Assembly: GCA_018003655.1 (NCBI GenBank)
Contig: JAGNDY010000003.1
Span: forward strand, 4,728 to 68,727
From: Candidatus Nanopelagicales bacterium
Lineage (GTDB): Bacteria > Actinomycetota > Actinomycetes > S36-B12 > UBA10799
Length of the DNA: 64,000 nucleotides
Direction: 5' to 3'
In this document: positions 36,554 through 47,402 of the stretch, piece by piece
How the letters are laid out: each line of letters opens with the position of its first letter
Position numbering within the stretch: position 1 is the stretch's first letter
The notes under the pieces: model-generated
The model's database searches: none
What the model was told of the DNA's origin: nothing
What the model saw: only the letters and a program-made list of their open reading frames with translations
Translations under genes and position numbers: made by a program

Positions 36554-36952
36554 ATGCCGAGCAAACGTGGTGTCAGAGCTGATGAGTCGCCATGGACCAA
36601 GGCAGAGCTTGCTGGGGTACGTGATGAGCTCGAGGCCGACCAGGCGCGACTCAAAGAGGAGTTGCAGGTCACTGAGGAGGGAATCGCAGACTTGGTTCGC
36701 GACTCCGGTGACGGCGCCGGCGACGACATTGCCGATGCCGGTTCCAAGACCTTTGAGCGCGAGCAGGAGATGTCACTGGCGGACAACGCCCGGGATCTGC
36801 TCTCGCAGACCGAGCGGGCACTTGAGCGCCTGGATTCTGGTACTTACGGCATCTGTGAGTCTTGCGGTGGACCGATCGGTAAGGCTCGCCTGCAGGCCTT
36901 CCCACGGGCGACTCTGTGCATGAGTTGCAAACAGGCCGAGGAACGCGCGTAA
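36554..36952 (+). CDS. TraR/DksA-family C4 zinc-finger protein
   Basis: Coiled-coil N-terminus and C-terminal CESCGGPIGKARLQAFPRATLCMSC. ATG 36554 is preceded by GAAGGGGA. Confidence 0.8.
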   Translation: MPSKRGVRADESPWTKAELAGVRDELEADQARLKEELQVTEEGIADLVRDSGDGAGDDIADAGSKTFEREQEMSLADNARDLLSQTERALERLDSGTYGICESCGGPIGKARLQAFPRATLCMSCKQAEERA

Positions 36953-37055
36953 CTGCCCGCCGATGCGCTGTTGACACCAGCGTGGCAGCCCGGACCGCAG
37001 GGGCGAGCTAGTGCGGCGCCAAGGCCGCCCGTGCGCTGGCAAGTACCCTGAGGCG

Positions 37056-37622
37056 GTGGCCACTGAAACCACCGACGACGGGTCGGCGGAAGCGATAGAA
37101 CACGGCGCGCCGCCGTCACGCACATTCCTTTGGCTGACTCTGACCATTGCGGTCGCGGTACTCGTAGTTGATCAACTAACCAAGTTGTGGGCTGTGGCCG
37201 CGCTGGAAGGGCAGCCACCCGTGCCCATCATCGGCTCGCTTCTGCAATTGAATTTCATCCGCAACCCGGGCGCAGCGTTCTCACTCGGCAGTGGCTTCAC
37301 GATCATCTTCAGCCTCATCGCGATCGGCGTGGCTGTGGTAATCGTTCGGACTGCTCGCACCCTCGGATCGGCGACCTGGGCGGTTGCTCTCGGAGGTCTG
37401 CTAGGCGGCGCCCTGGGGAACGTGATTGATCGAATCTTCCGTGAACCCTCGGTTCTGCGTGGGCACGTAGTGGACTTCATCGAAATTACCCACTGGCCCG
37501 TCTTCAACGTGGCGGACATGGCGATCACCTGTTCCGCGGCCCTCATGGTGATCTTGACCATCAAGGGAATCCCGTTGCGCGGTCGCCCAGCCGGTGCAGC
37601 GAGTCTGGCGCCCGATGCCTGA
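37056..37622 (+). CDS. lspA: lipoprotein signal peptidase II
   Basis: [18 protein letters not shown] and [11 protein letters not shown] motifs; 4 TM. I chose GTG 37056; the ORF opens at 37011. Confidence 0.85.
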   Translation: MATETTDDGSAEAIEHGAPPSRTFLWLTLTIAVAVLVVDQLTKLWAVAALEGQPPVPIIGSLLQLNFIRNPGAAFSLGSGFTIIFSLIAIGVAVVIVRTARTLGSATWAVALGGLLGGALGNVIDRIFREPSVLRGHVVDFIEITHWPVFNVADMAITCSAALMVILTIKGIPLRGRPAGAASLAPDA

Positions 37623-38544
37623 CGAGCAACGCCACGAGGTACCGGACTCCCTCGCGGGCGAACGGGTCGATGTTGCACTCGCCCGACTCACCGGCTTATC
37701 TCGCACCCAACTCGCTGGCATGATCCTCGATGGCCTTGTGATGGTCGACGGCAAACGACCAACGAGATCCGATCGCCTCGCGGCGGGCAGTGTGCTTGAG
37801 GTTGCCGCTCGCGAGCAGGTTGCCGAACAGGGATCGGAAACCTTTGTCGGACCGGTCGTCGGGCTGGCGATCGTGTTTGAAGACGCCGACCTCGTAGTTG
37901 TCGACAAGCCCGTCGGCGTGGCAGCGCACGCAAGTCCGGGATGGACCGGACCGACCGTTACCGCGGGCTTGCGAGCGATGGGCGTTGCCCTTGCCGACGT
38001 AGGACCCGCCGAACGTGAGGGAATCGTTCATCGGCTCGACGTCGGGACAAGTGGACTGATGGTTGTGGCCAAATCAGAGCGGGCCTATGCCCGACTCAAA
38101 CAGGCCTTCCGCGACCGCGAGGTCGACAAGACTTACCACGCGCTCGTGCAAGGACACCCAGACCCTTCTCGGGGAACGATCGACGCCCCCATCGCGCGGC
38201 ATCCCCACCACGATTACAAGTTCGCAGTTGTGACTGGCGGGAAGGACTCGATCACCCATTACGAGACCCTTGAGGCGTTCAGCTACGCATCGCTGTTGAA
38301 AATTGGCCTGGAGACAGGCCGGACTCATCAGATTCGAGTCCACATGGCTGCGCTGAACCATCCCTGCTGCGGTGACATCACCTATGGCGCGGACCCCAAC
38401 CTGGCAAAAAAGCTGGGACTCAAGCGGCAGTGGCTGCATGCGGTGCGGCTGTCGTTCGACCATCCCCTCACGGGGGAGCCCATAGTCTTCCAGTCTGCCT
38501 ACCCTGATGACCTGGCGCACGCACTCGCCGTGCTCGCGGACTGA
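37615..38544 (+). CDS. rluD: RluA-family 23S rRNA pseudouridine synthase (RluD-like)
   Basis: S4-like N-terminus ([22 protein letters not shown]), catalytic [16 protein letters not shown] and GRTHQIRVH. The ATG overlaps the lspA stop (ATGCCTGA). Confidence 0.9.
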   Translation: MPDEQRHEVPDSLAGERVDVALARLTGLSRTQLAGMILDGLVMVDGKRPTRSDRLAAGSVLEVAAREQVAEQGSETFVGPVVGLAIVFEDADLVVVDKPVGVAAHASPGWTGPTVTAGLRAMGVALADVGPAEREGIVHRLDVGTSGLMVVAKSERAYARLKQAFRDREVDKTYHALVQGHPDPSRGTIDAPIARHPHHDYKFAVVTGGKDSITHYETLEAFSYASLLKIGLETGRTHQIRVHMAALNHPCCGDITYGADPNLAKKLGLKRQWLHAVRLSFDHPLTGEPIVFQSAYPDDLAHALAVLAD

Positions 38545-38568
38545 GGGATCGCCAGTAAACTCATTCCC

Positions 38569-39258
38569 ATGCCTGACTCGCCGCCGCACCAGATTGCGGT
38601 TCGGTCAGCAGCGCCGGGCTATCTGACCGGCTTCGAACTCGATGGTCTCCACCCCATTGCTGAGCCAGCCGACGAATTCGCCACCAAGACCAGATTGTTG
38701 GATGCCGCCGTGCGGCTGTTCGCCGATCACGGGTACGAAGCCTCATCAATGCGGGAACTGGCCGGCGAGGTCGGTGTCAAAGCGCCAGCGATCTACAACC
38801 ACTTCGATTCCAAGCTCGACGTCCTGGTCACGGCTATTGACTATTCGGTAGCCGACTTCCTCCGAACTGTCCTGCCCGGCTTGGAAGAGGTGCCGGCCGA
38901 CCAGCGGCTCTACGAGCTACTGCGACGTCACGTGATGTACAAGACCACCGATGTTGCCTTCGCCCGCGCACACGACAAACTCCTTGATGCCGACTTCATG
39001 CGGCGGGTCCTGCCGCCAGCGGACTACCAACGGATTGCCGGAGCGCTGACTGGCTACCGGAACATCATCCGTGACCTTGTCATCCTCGCCGAACCGACGG
39101 CCGGCGACGATCCGGGTGTAGACCTGCCGGTGCTGGTGTCGGCACTCGTCGCCCTGTGCGACACGGTCAGCGCTTGGTTTCGACCGGAGGGGACCTTGAC
39201 CGCAGAGGCCGTCGCCGAGCAGTGTGGATCCATTGCCCGGCGAATGGTTTCGACCTGA
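38569..39258 (+). CDS. TetR/AcrR-family transcriptional regulator
   Basis: HTH region TKTRLLDAAVRLFADHGYEASSMRELAGEVGVKAPAIYNHFDSK. Confidence 0.85.
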   Translation: MPDSPPHQIAVRSAAPGYLTGFELDGLHPIAEPADEFATKTRLLDAAVRLFADHGYEASSMRELAGEVGVKAPAIYNHFDSKLDVLVTAIDYSVADFLRTVLPGLEEVPADQRLYELLRRHVMYKTTDVAFARAHDKLLDADFMRRVLPPADYQRIAGALTGYRNIIRDLVILAEPTAGDDPGVDLPVLVSALVALCDTVSAWFRPEGTLTAEAVAEQCGSIARRMVST

Positions 39259-39274
39259 TCGAGGAGTAGGCAAG

Positions 39275-39988
39275 ATGACCGAAGAGAGCACAACTGCCAG
39301 TACCACAGACGCCGTTGCGCCCACCTACGTCGTGGTCGGCGCCGGTCCCGGGATCGGGCTGCAGACAGCCAAGGCATTCGCCGGCAGGGGGTGGCGGACA
39401 GTGCTCGTGGGCAGGACGCTGGCAAATCTGGCGAACCTGGCGGGTGCAATCACCGATGAGTTCCCCAACGCGCCACCGCCGCAACTGGTGGTGGCGGACG
39501 CCGAGGAGCCGGTGGCACTGAAACTGGCGCTCGACGATGCCGACCTCGGCCGAGTCGACGTCGCACACTTCAACGTCGTGCTGTGGGTTCCCGGGGGCTA
39601 TGAGAGCTCATTGATCGAGGTTGCCGCCGGGATGTCCGCCGGAGTGGTCGCTGCCATGGCTATGGCGCAATCGTTGGTCCCGCTGCTGATCGAGGCTCCC
39701 GGTCGCGGTCTGCTGATGTTGACCGGCGGCGGCACGGCTGACCACCCGTCGCCCGCGTCCACTGGACTCGGTCTGCAGAAGGCGGCGCTGCGCAACTTGG
39801 CGCTCGCACTGCACCAGGAGCTAGATCCCGACCAGGTTCGGGTGTCAACTATGACGATCTACGGCACGGTCGCTCCAGACACGGACTTCGACGCCAACCG
39901 AATTGGCACGGCGATCGCAGGGATCTACGACTCCGCCCAGTCCATCGCGTCGTCTGCGTGGACCGCGGTTACCGAGTTCCGCGGCTAG
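39275..39988 (+). CDS. SDR-family oxidoreductase
   Basis: Rossmann motif VVVGAGPGIGLQTAKAFAGRGWRTVLVGR. ATG 39275 is preceded by GAGGAG. I did not confidently identify the catalytic tetrad. Confidence 0.7.
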   Translation: MTEESTTASTTDAVAPTYVVVGAGPGIGLQTAKAFAGRGWRTVLVGRTLANLANLAGAITDEFPNAPPPQLVVADAEEPVALKLALDDADLGRVDVAHFNVVLWVPGGYESSLIEVAAGMSAGVVAAMAMAQSLVPLLIEAPGRGLLMLTGGGTADHPSPASTGLGLQKAALRNLALALHQELDPDQVRVSTMTIYGTVAPDTDFDANRIGTAIAGIYDSAQSIASSAWTAVTEFRG

Positions 39989-39995
39989 CAGCAGT

Positions 39996-41141
39996 TCATA
40001 GGCCGAGGTCGCGACCGATGAGTTCCTTCATGATCTCGTTCGATCCAGCCCAGATCTTGGTCACGCGAGCATCCTGCCAGGCCCGAGCAATGCGGTATTC
40101 ATTCATGTAGCCGTAGCCACCAAAGATCTGCACGCACGCGTCAATGACTTCGTTCTGAATCTGCGAGGTCCACCACTTGGCCTTCGCCGCATCGGTCGCC
40201 GTGAAGGTGCCGTTCATCTTGTCGGTCACGCACTGATCCATGAACGCCTGCGTCACGTCGAGCTTGGTCGCCTGCTCGGCGAGGACGAACTTCAAGTGCT
40301 GGAAGCTGCCGATTGGCTTGCCAAATGCCTGCCGCTCCTTGGCGTAATCCACGGTCTCCAGGAATGCCTGTTTGGCATGCGCCAGGTTGCTGATCGCGCA
40401 GCCGATTCGCTCCTGGGGTAGCCGCTCCATCATGTAGATGAACCCGGAGTCCACCTCCCCGAGCAGGTTCTGCCCGGGAACGCGAACGTTGTTGAAGAAC
40501 AGTTCGGCGGTGTCGGCCTCATGCTGGCCGGTCTTGTCCAGTTTGCGCCCGCGCTCGAAGCCCGGCATGCCCTCCTCGAGGACGAACAATGAGATCCCTC
40601 TGGCGCCCTTCTCGGGGCTCGTCCGTGCCGCCACCACCAGGATGTCCGCGGTGTAGCCGTTGGTAATGAAGGTCTTGGACCCATTGACGATCCAGTCATC
40701 ACCGTCGGGCACTGCGGTGGTCTTGAGTGCTGCCAGGTCCGTTCCGCCACCTGCCTCGGTCATTCCGATACCAGCGACCAGGTCGCCGGAGCAGAAGCCC
40801 GGCAGCAGGCGTGCCTTGAGTTCCTCGGTGCCCAGGTCGACCAGGTAGGGAGCGACGATGTCCTCGTGAATCTGGAATGACGAGTTGAGACCAAGGCTTG
40901 CCTTGGACAGTTCCTCGGCCAGGATCGTGTTGAACCGGTAGTCGTCGGCTTGGCTGCCGCCGTACTCCGCTGGCACCTCAAGGCCCAGGAAGCCCTGTCG
41001 ACCGGCTTCGCGCCAGATGTCACGATCGATCAAGCGTGCCTCGATCATCTTCTCGAGGTTCGGCAGAACCGAGCGCTGGACGAAAGTGGTGACGGCGGAA
41101 CGGAATTCCTCGTGCTCGGTTTCAAAGATTGTGCGGTTCAT
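39996..41141 (-). CDS. acyl-CoA dehydrogenase
   Basis: 381 aa from ATG 41141 (MNRTIFETEHEEFR). Motifs GIGMTEAGGGTDLAALKT, FITNG and IFGGYGYMNEYRIARAWQDARVTKIWAGSNEIM. Confidence 0.9.
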   Translation of the reverse strand: MNRTIFETEHEEFRSAVTTFVQRSVLPNLEKMIEARLIDRDIWREAGRQGFLGLEVPAEYGGSQADDYRFNTILAEELSKASLGLNSSFQIHEDIVAPYLVDLGTEELKARLLPGFCSGDLVAGIGMTEAGGGTDLAALKTTAVPDGDDWIVNGSKTFITNGYTADILVVAARTSPEKGARGISLFVLEEGMPGFERGRKLDKTGQHEADTAELFFNNVRVPGQNLLGEVDSGFIYMMERLPQERIGCAISNLAHAKQAFLETVDYAKERQAFGKPIGSFQHLKFVLAEQATKLDVTQAFMDQCVTDKMNGTFTATDAAKAKWWTSQIQNEVIDACVQIFGGYGYMNEYRIARAWQDARVTKIWAGSNEIMKELIGRDLGL

Positions 41142-41296
41142 CCAGCTATCGTACGCGCCAAATGAACGGGCGTTAATCGCGCCCGTCCGGTCGAAGTTGC
41201 GGCTCTCTCGGCGAGTTGCGGCTTTCATTTCGGTGATCATGGCGGAGTTGCGCGAGGCACCCCGCGAGCGTCAGTCCGTCGGGTTAGGCTCGGCCG

Positions 41297-44200
41297 GTGG
41301 CAAGTAAGGACCAATTCGTTCACCTGCACGTACATACCGAGTACTCGATGCTCGATGGTGCGGCGCGCGTCGGTGACCTCTTTGCTGAGGCGGCCCGCCT
41401 GGAGATGCCCGCCGTCGCCATCACCGACCATGGAAACCTCTTCGGCGCGTACGAGTTCTGGAAGCGCGGCAAGGAATCCGGTGTCAAGGCAATCATCGGG
41501 ATGGAGGGGTACTACGCCCCCCAAGGCCGGTTCGAGTTATCGCCGTTCGACTTTGGCGGCGGCTTCGACGAAGGCACCAACGAGAGTGGTGAATCCAGTG
41601 CCCGCGGTCGGCAGGCCTACACCCACATGACGGTGTTGGCCGAGACGACCGAGGGCATGCACAACCTGTTCCGACTCTCGAGCCTGGCGAGTCTGGAGGG
41701 CTACTACCGGCACCCTCGATTCGACCGCGACCTGCTCCAGCAGTACGGCAAGGGAATCATCGCGACGACGGGTTGCCCCTCGGGCGAGGTCAACCGCTGG
41801 CTCCAGGCCGGCAACTACGACCGCGCCCTGGCCGCTGCCGCTGACTTCCAGGAAATCCTCGGCAAGGAGAACTACTTCTGCGAACTGATGGATCACGGGA
41901 TTCCGATTGAGCGCTCGTATCGCGAGAACCTGCTGAAAATCGCCCGGACTCTCGACATGCCGCTGCTGGCAACCAACGACCTGCACTACGTCCGGCAAAG
42001 TGACGCCGCTGCCCACGATGTCCTGTTGTGTATCGGCACGCGAACCACCATGGATGACCCCAAGCGGTTCCGGTTCACCGGCGACCAGTTCTACCTCAAG
42101 CCTTCTGTTGAGATGCGCGACCTGTGGCACGAACTCCCCGAGGCGTGCGACAACACCCTGCTGATCGCGGAGCGATGCAATGTTGAGTTCAACGAAGGCG
42201 CCAGTCTCATGCCTGTTTTTCCGATCCCGGAAGGGGAGTCCGAGGAGAGCTGGCTGGTCAAAGAAGTAGAAATCGGCCTGACCAAGCGTTTCAATGGTGC
42301 AGTCCCCGACGCCCATCGAAAGCAGGCGACGTACGAGGTCGGCGTCATCTGCCAGATGGGTTTTCCCGGCTATTTTCTCGTCACTGCCGACCTGGTGCGC
42401 TACGCCAAGGAGCAAGGCATCCGAGTCGGTCCCGGGCGTGGCTCCGCAGCCGGGTCGATCGTGGCCTGGGCACTCGGCATCACCGAACTCGATCCGATCA
42501 GGCACGGATTGCTGTTCGAGCGGTTCCTCAATCCCGAGCGCATCTCGATGCCAGATATCGATATGGACTTCGACGAGCGCCGCCGCGGCGACATGATCCG
42601 TTATGCCACCCAGAAGTACGGGTCCGAGCGGGTAGCTCAGATCGTCACCTATGGCTCGATCAAGGCGAAGGCCGCGATCAAAGATTCCGCTCGCGCGCTG
42701 GGCATGCCCTACTCCACCGGCGACCGGATCACCAAAGCGATGCCACCGGCGGTCATGGGCAAGGACATCCCGCTTTCCGGCATCTTCGATCCAGACAACT
42801 CCCGCTACCGCGAGGCCGGGGAGTTCCGCGACCTCTACGAGGCTGATCCAGACGTCCGGCGCGTGGTCGACACTGCCAAGGGCCTGGAGGGCCTCAAGCG
42901 CCAACCCGGCGTCCACGCGGCCGGGGTGATCTTGTGTAAGGAGCCGCTACTCGACGTCATTCCGCTGTGGATGCGCCAACAGGATGGCGCCGTCATCACC
43001 CAATTCGACATGGGCGTCTGCGAGACACTCGGTCTGTTGAAGATGGACTTCCTCGGCCTACGCAACCTAACGGTGATCGACGACTGCCTGGCCGCGATCA
43101 AGACGAACCGCGGCGAGACAATCGTCCCGGAGGACTTGACCCTCGACGACGAGGCGGCGTACGCGTTGATGTCGCGTGGGGACACGCTCGGGGTGTTCCA
43201 ACTCGACGGCGGTCCCATGCGGGCGCTACTTCGTTCCATGGCGCCGGACAACTTCGAGGACATCTCGGCCGTGCTGGCGCTGTACCGGCCCGGTCCGATG
43301 GGTGCCAACGCGCACAACGACTACGCCGACCGGAAGAACGGCCGCAAACCAGTCGTCGCGATTCACCCAGAGCTTGCCGAACCACTCGATGAGATTCTGG
43401 GTGACACCTACGGGTTGATCGTCTACCAGGAACAGGTCATGGCGATCGCCCAGCTATTGGCGGGTTACTCGTTGGGCAGCGCGGATCTGCTTCGCCGCGC
43501 GATGGGTAAGAAGAAGAAGGAGATTCTCGACAAGGAGTACCAGCCTTTCCGGGACGGAATGCTGGCCAACGACTACTCCGAAGAAGCCATCAAGACCCTT
43601 TGGGACATCTTGGTGCCGTTCTCCGACTACGCGTTCAACAAGGCCCACACGGCTGGATACGGACTCGTCTCGTATTGGACCTCGTTCCTCAAGGCGAATT
43701 ACCCGGCCGAGTACATGGCCGCACTGCTCACCAGCGTCAAGGACGACAAAGACAAGAGCGCGATCTATCTCAACGAGTGTCGACGCATGCACATCAAGGT
43801 GCTGCCCCCCGACGTCAACGAGTCGGACTCCAATTTCACCGCCACGGGAACGGACATCCGGTTCGGACTTTCGGCGATCCGCAACGTTGGAACGAACGTT
43901 GTCGAGGCGATCATCGCTGCACGCACGGCGAAGGGTCGGTTCGCCGACTTTCCGGACTTTCTCCGCAAGATCGATGCCAGCGCCTGCAACAAGCGTGTCG
44001 TGGAATCGCTGATCAAGTCCGGAGCTTTCGACTCGTTGGGTCACACTCGCCGCGGGCTGTCGCAGGTTCACGCCGAGGCGGTGGACGCGGTCATCGATAC
44101 CAAACGTGCGGAGGCGATCGGTCAGTTCGATCTGTTCGGCGAGCAGAGCGCTTCGGGTGAGGCGGTGGGGTCGTCGCTGGGTTTGGAGATGTCTATCCCG

Positions 44201-44872
44201 CTACACGAGTGGGAGAAGTCGACGCTGCTCGCGCACGAGCGGGACATGTTGGGTCTGTACGTCTCGGATCATCCGCTCAACGGTGTCGAAGGGGCACTGC
44301 GAGCAGCAAGCGATTGCTCCATCGCCTCGATCCTTCGCGACGATGCTGTCGACGGGCGAGTGGTCACCTTGGCTGGTCTGGTGACCGGCGTCCAACGCAA
44401 GCTCACCAAGAGGGGCGATCCCTGGGCGATTGTCACCTTGGAGGACCTCGATGCCTCTATCGAGGTCATGGTGTTCCCGCAGACGTATGCGTCGATGGGT
44501 CCGTACTGTGCCGAAGACTCGGTCTTGGTGGTCAAGGGTCGGATTGACCTGCGCGAGGAAGACGCGATCAAGTTCGTCGCCATGGAGGTCAGTGTTCCTG
44601 ATCTCGCGAGTGGTTCGGCCGGTCCAGTGGTGATCAACGTGACGGCGAGTCGGGTCGTGCCACCGGTGGTCGCGCGGCTCAAGGAGATCCTTGACACCCA
44701 CCCGGGAACCAGCGAGGTGAGGTTGGAGGTTCGCAACGGACCACGGACTACCGTGCTGCGAATCGACGACGCCAAACGGGTAACTCCGAGCCCGTCACTG
44801 TTCGCCGATCTCAAGGCACTGCTTGGCCCGTCGTGTCTGACTGGCACGTCCTCTGCCGATGGTGCGCCCTGA
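41297..44872 (+). CDS. dnaE: DNA polymerase III alpha subunit
   Basis: PHP domain FVHLHVHTEYSMLDGA, the polymerase core and an OB-fold C-terminus. At 1191 aa there is no intein-sized insertion. Confidence 0.95.
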   Translation: MASKDQFVHLHVHTEYSMLDGAARVGDLFAEAARLEMPAVAITDHGNLFGAYEFWKRGKESGVKAIIGMEGYYAPQGRFELSPFDFGGGFDEGTNESGESSARGRQAYTHMTVLAETTEGMHNLFRLSSLASLEGYYRHPRFDRDLLQQYGKGIIATTGCPSGEVNRWLQAGNYDRALAAAADFQEILGKENYFCELMDHGIPIERSYRENLLKIARTLDMPLLATNDLHYVRQSDAAAHDVLLCIGTRTTMDDPKRFRFTGDQFYLKPSVEMRDLWHELPEACDNTLLIAERCNVEFNEGASLMPVFPIPEGESEESWLVKEVEIGLTKRFNGAVPDAHRKQATYEVGVICQMGFPGYFLVTADLVRYAKEQGIRVGPGRGSAAGSIVAWALGITELDPIRHGLLFERFLNPERISMPDIDMDFDERRRGDMIRYATQKYGSERVAQIVTYGSIKAKAAIKDSARALGMPYSTGDRITKAMPPAVMGKDIPLSGIFDPDNSRYREAGEFRDLYEADPDVRRVVDTAKGLEGLKRQPGVHAAGVILCKEPLLDVIPLWMRQQDGAVITQFDMGVCETLGLLKMDFLGLRNLTVIDDCLAAIKTNRGETIVPEDLTLDDEAAYALMSRGDTLGVFQLDGGPMRALLRSMAPDNFEDISAVLALYRPGPMGANAHNDYADRKNGRKPVVAIHPELAEPLDEILGDTYGLIVYQEQVMAIAQLLAGYSLGSADLLRRAMGKKKKEILDKEYQPFRDGMLANDYSEEAIKTLWDILVPFSDYAFNKAHTAGYGLVSYWTSFLKANYPAEYMAALLTSVKDDKDKSAIYLNECRRMHIKVLPPDVNESDSNFTATGTDIRFGLSAIRNVGTNVVEAIIAARTAKGRFADFPDFLRKIDASACNKRVVESLIKSGAFDSLGHTRRGLSQVHAEAVDAVIDTKRAEAIGQFDLFGEQSASGEAVGSSLGLEMSIPLHEWEKSTLLAHERDMLGLYVSDHPLNGVEGALRAASDCSIASILRDDAVDGRVVTLAGLVTGVQRKLTKRGDPWAIVTLEDLDASIEVMVFPQTYASMGPYCAEDSVLVVKGRIDLREEDAIKFVAMEVSVPDLASGSAGPVVINVTASRVVPPVVARLKEILDTHPGTSEVRLEVRNGPRTTVLRIDDAKRVTPSPSLFADLKALLGPSCLTGTSSADGAP

Positions 44873-45471
44873 TGGAGCAGGTTCCGACGGACAATGCGCG
44901 ACCGGATCGCCTGGGCACCCTGCGCCCGGACGTCCGTGTCGGCGCCTACCTCGTCCTCCTCTCGGCGATCGTCGGACTCGCGGCGGGCTGGATCTGGTCA
45001 GTCGTCGCGCCCCGAGCCGAGATCGTGACCTTCGATGGCAAGCTCGGCGTGGACAACTTCGCTGCCGCGTATATCGGTGCCGACATGACCTACGGGTTGT
45101 TGATGGCCGGCGCTGGCCTGCTGGTAGCGGCTGTGGCGATTTGGCGATGGCGGGCGCACCCCCTGGGTGTGTTGGTTGGGGTGGTGATCGGCGGAATCGT
45201 CGGCGCGGCGCTAGCACTGCGGCTGGGCATCCACCTGGCGGGCGGACTCACCGATGTCGGTGGCGTCGATGCCGCAGGGCTCGCGGACGGAACTGTGTTC
45301 CAGGCCCCGGTGGAGCTGCGCTCAAAGGGCGCCATGCTGATGTGGCCACTGGTCGGCGCGTTCGCGCTCACCGTCTTCTATTCAGTTGCCGGATCGAGGC
45401 TCCGACGATCGTTGCTACGGCGCTACTACGGGTCGCCAACCCCGGTGACGGGTCAGCCGCGCGCTGACTGA
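44872..45471 (+). CDS. hypothetical membrane protein (about 4 TM)
   Basis: The ATG overlaps the dnaE stop (TGATG). It has hydrophobic helices and high third-position GC. I did not recognise a family with confidence. Confidence 0.5.
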   Translation: MEQVPTDNARPDRLGTLRPDVRVGAYLVLLSAIVGLAAGWIWSVVAPRAEIVTFDGKLGVDNFAAAYIGADMTYGLLMAGAGLLVAAVAIWRWRAHPLGVLVGVVIGGIVGAALALRLGIHLAGGLTDVGGVDAAGLADGTVFQAPVELRSKGAMLMWPLVGAFALTVFYSVAGSRLRRSLLRRYYGSPTPVTGQPRAD

Positions 45472-45496
45472 GACGGACGGTTCCCGGACCTGACAG

Positions 45497-46003
45497 CTAG
45501 AGGACGCGGCCAATCGGGGCCGTCCGAGCGTTTGTCAGCCGAACCAGATCCTCGGGTGACAATTCGACCACGTAGCCGTAACGGCCAGCGGAAACGACGA
45601 CCGTCGGAAAATCTAAGGCCGCGGCATCGATAACGGTCGGCACGTGCTTGCGCAAGCCGAGAATGCTCAGGTCCTCTTCCTTGTAGCCGGTTACTTTCTT
45701 GATGTCTGCCGAGTCGGCTGGACTGCTGTCGACCGAACCCACGGCGGCCGCCAGCGATGCTGAATCCAGCACCGCCGACGCGGGCACGGCGGTGATGACG
45801 GGTTCTCCGTCAGCTATGGCCAATTCGGTGTGCAGCACGCGGGTCGGGTCGATTCCCATCTCGATCGCGCGTCGTCGGGAACTGGTGACCGTTGGGATCT
45901 GAGCTGGTTCGTCGTCGCTGCCGTACTGGTGCACCGCGTAGGGAACCTCGTTATCGATCAGTTGCTGGGTCGCGGTGGTCTCGATGGCCCCCTTTTTCGG
46001 CAT
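45497..46003 (-). CDS. YbaK/EbsC-family aminoacyl-tRNA deacylase-like protein
   Basis: 168 aa from ATG 46003 ([27 protein letters not shown]...). Overall resemblance to Cys-tRNA(Pro) deacylases, including [12 protein letters not shown] and [14 protein letters not shown]. Confidence 0.65.
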   Translation of the reverse strand: MPKKGAIETTATQQLIDNEVPYAVHQYGSDDEPAQIPTVTSSRRRAIEMGIDPTRVLHTELAIADGEPVITAVPASAVLDSASLAAAVGSVDSSPADSADIKKVTGYKEEDLSILGLRKHVPTVIDAAALDFPTVVVSAGRYGYVVELSPEDLVRLTNARTAPIGRVL

Positions 46004-46067
46004 GTCTGCACGGTACCCATCCCAGCCGCCGAACGGCACTGCGCCTGAACCGTACGATGTACCCGTG

Positions 46068-47402
46068 ATGCGATTCCTGGATTTGAGGGCGATGACCGGT
46101 GACCCTCGATCCGTCGTGCCGCGCGCTGAGGTCGATGTCGCGGCGGCGGAGAAAGCGGTAGCTGGCGTCATCGATCGCGTTCGCGCCGAACATGAGCCAG
46201 CCGTGCTGGACTACTGCGAGCAGTTCGATGGCGTGCGCCCGGCCCAACTCCGAGTCCCGGCCGAAGTGCTGTCCGGCGCCCTCGTGGAACTCGACCCCCA
46301 GGTACGTGCCTCGTTGGAAGAAGCGATTCGGCGAGTGCGGTTGGTGCACAGCGATGAGATTCCCTCCGACCGAACTACGGAGGTTGCACCCGGCGGAACT
46401 GTCACCCAGCGCTGGATCCCGGTCGACCGGGTCGGCCTCTACGTTCCGGGTGGCCGGGCCGTCTACCCCAGCAGCGTGGTTATGAACGTGGTTCCGGCCC
46501 AACTCGCCGGCGTCGGTTCGATTGCGATCGCCTCGCCACCCCAGCCGGACAACGACGGCTGGCCCCACCCGACAATCCTGGCCGCTGCGGCACTGCTTGG
46601 AATCGACGAGGTCTACGCCGTTGGTGGCGCGCAAGCGGTCGCTTGGTTGGCATTCGGATCAGCGAGCGACATCTCAGCTGGCCAGCCCGGCTACTGCGAA
46701 CCGGTGATGATGGTGACCGGACCCGGAAACCTATGGGTGACTGCCGCCAAGCGCCTCCTGCGAGGCGTGATCGGTATCGACTCCGAGGCGGGACCGACCG
46801 AGATTCTGGTGCTGGCCGACGACTCCGCTGATCCGGTGTTCGTCGCCTCGGACCTCATCAGCCAGGCCGAACACGATGTCATTGCTGCATCCGTCCTGGT
46901 CACAGACAGCGAGAGCTTGGCTGGCGCGGTTGTCAACCAACTTGACGACCAGGTCAATGCGACCAAGCACAGCGAACGAATCTCCGAGGCCCTGCGCGGC
47001 CACCAGAGTGCGGTTGTGCTCGTACGCGACCTCGACCAAGCCGTGGCCGTCGCAAACGCCTACGGCGCTGAACACCTTGAGATACACACGCGCGAAGCCG
47101 CCACCGTTGCTGGCCGCATCCGCAACGCAGGCGCCGTCTTTGTCGGCCCCTGGTCACCGGTGTCACTGGGGGACTACTGCGCGGGTTCCAATCACGTCCT
47201 GCCAACGGGTGGTTGCGCGGGCTACTCGTCGGGGCTTTCGGTGCACAGCTTCCTGCGGTCGGTCCACGTCGTCCAGTACGACCAGTCCGCACTCCAAGAG
47301 GTTGCCGCAGATGTGACGACGTTGGCCCACGCGGAGGACCTGCCAGCACACGCTGCTGCGGTGGCCGCCCGCTTGGGCATCATTGGGGGATCCGATTCGT
47401 GA
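46068..47402 (+). CDS. hisD: histidinol dehydrogenase
   Basis: [35 protein letters not shown] and SQAEHD motifs. I chose ATG 46068; the ORF opens at 45975, overlapping the divergent gene. Confidence 0.92.
   Translation: MRFLDLRAMTGDPRSVVPRAEVDVAAAEKAVAGVIDRVRAEHEPAVLDYCEQFDGVRPAQLRVPAEVLSGALVELDPQVRASLEEAIRRVRLVHSDEIPSDRTTEVAPGGTVTQRWIPVDRVGLYVPGGRAVYPSSVVMNVVPAQLAGVGSIAIASPPQPDNDGWPHPTILAAAALLGIDEVYAVGGAQAVAWLAFGSASDISAGQPGYCEPVMMVTGPGNLWVTAAKRLLRGVIGIDSEAGPTEILVLADDSADPVFVASDLISQAEHDVIAASVLVTDSESLAGAVVNQLDDQVNATKHSERISEALRGHQSAVVLVRDLDQAVAVANAYGAEHLEIHTREAATVAGRIRNAGAVFVGPWSPVSLGDYCAGSNHVLPTGGCAGYSSGLSVHSFLRSVHVVQYDQSALQEVAADVTTLAHAEDLPAHAAAVAARLGIIGGSDS

Noticed and set aside
41537-42916. 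459-aa ORF antisense to dnaE, and similar long antisense or off-frame ORFs (for example 382-1134, 8760-9518, 15645-16340, 24286-25212, 26213-27151, 31807-32784)
   Set aside because: These are typical stop-codon-poor shadow frames of a high-GC genome. They lie entirely within well-supported conserved genes, have Arg/Pro/Ser/Gly-skewed low-complexity composition, and contain no recognisable motifs.
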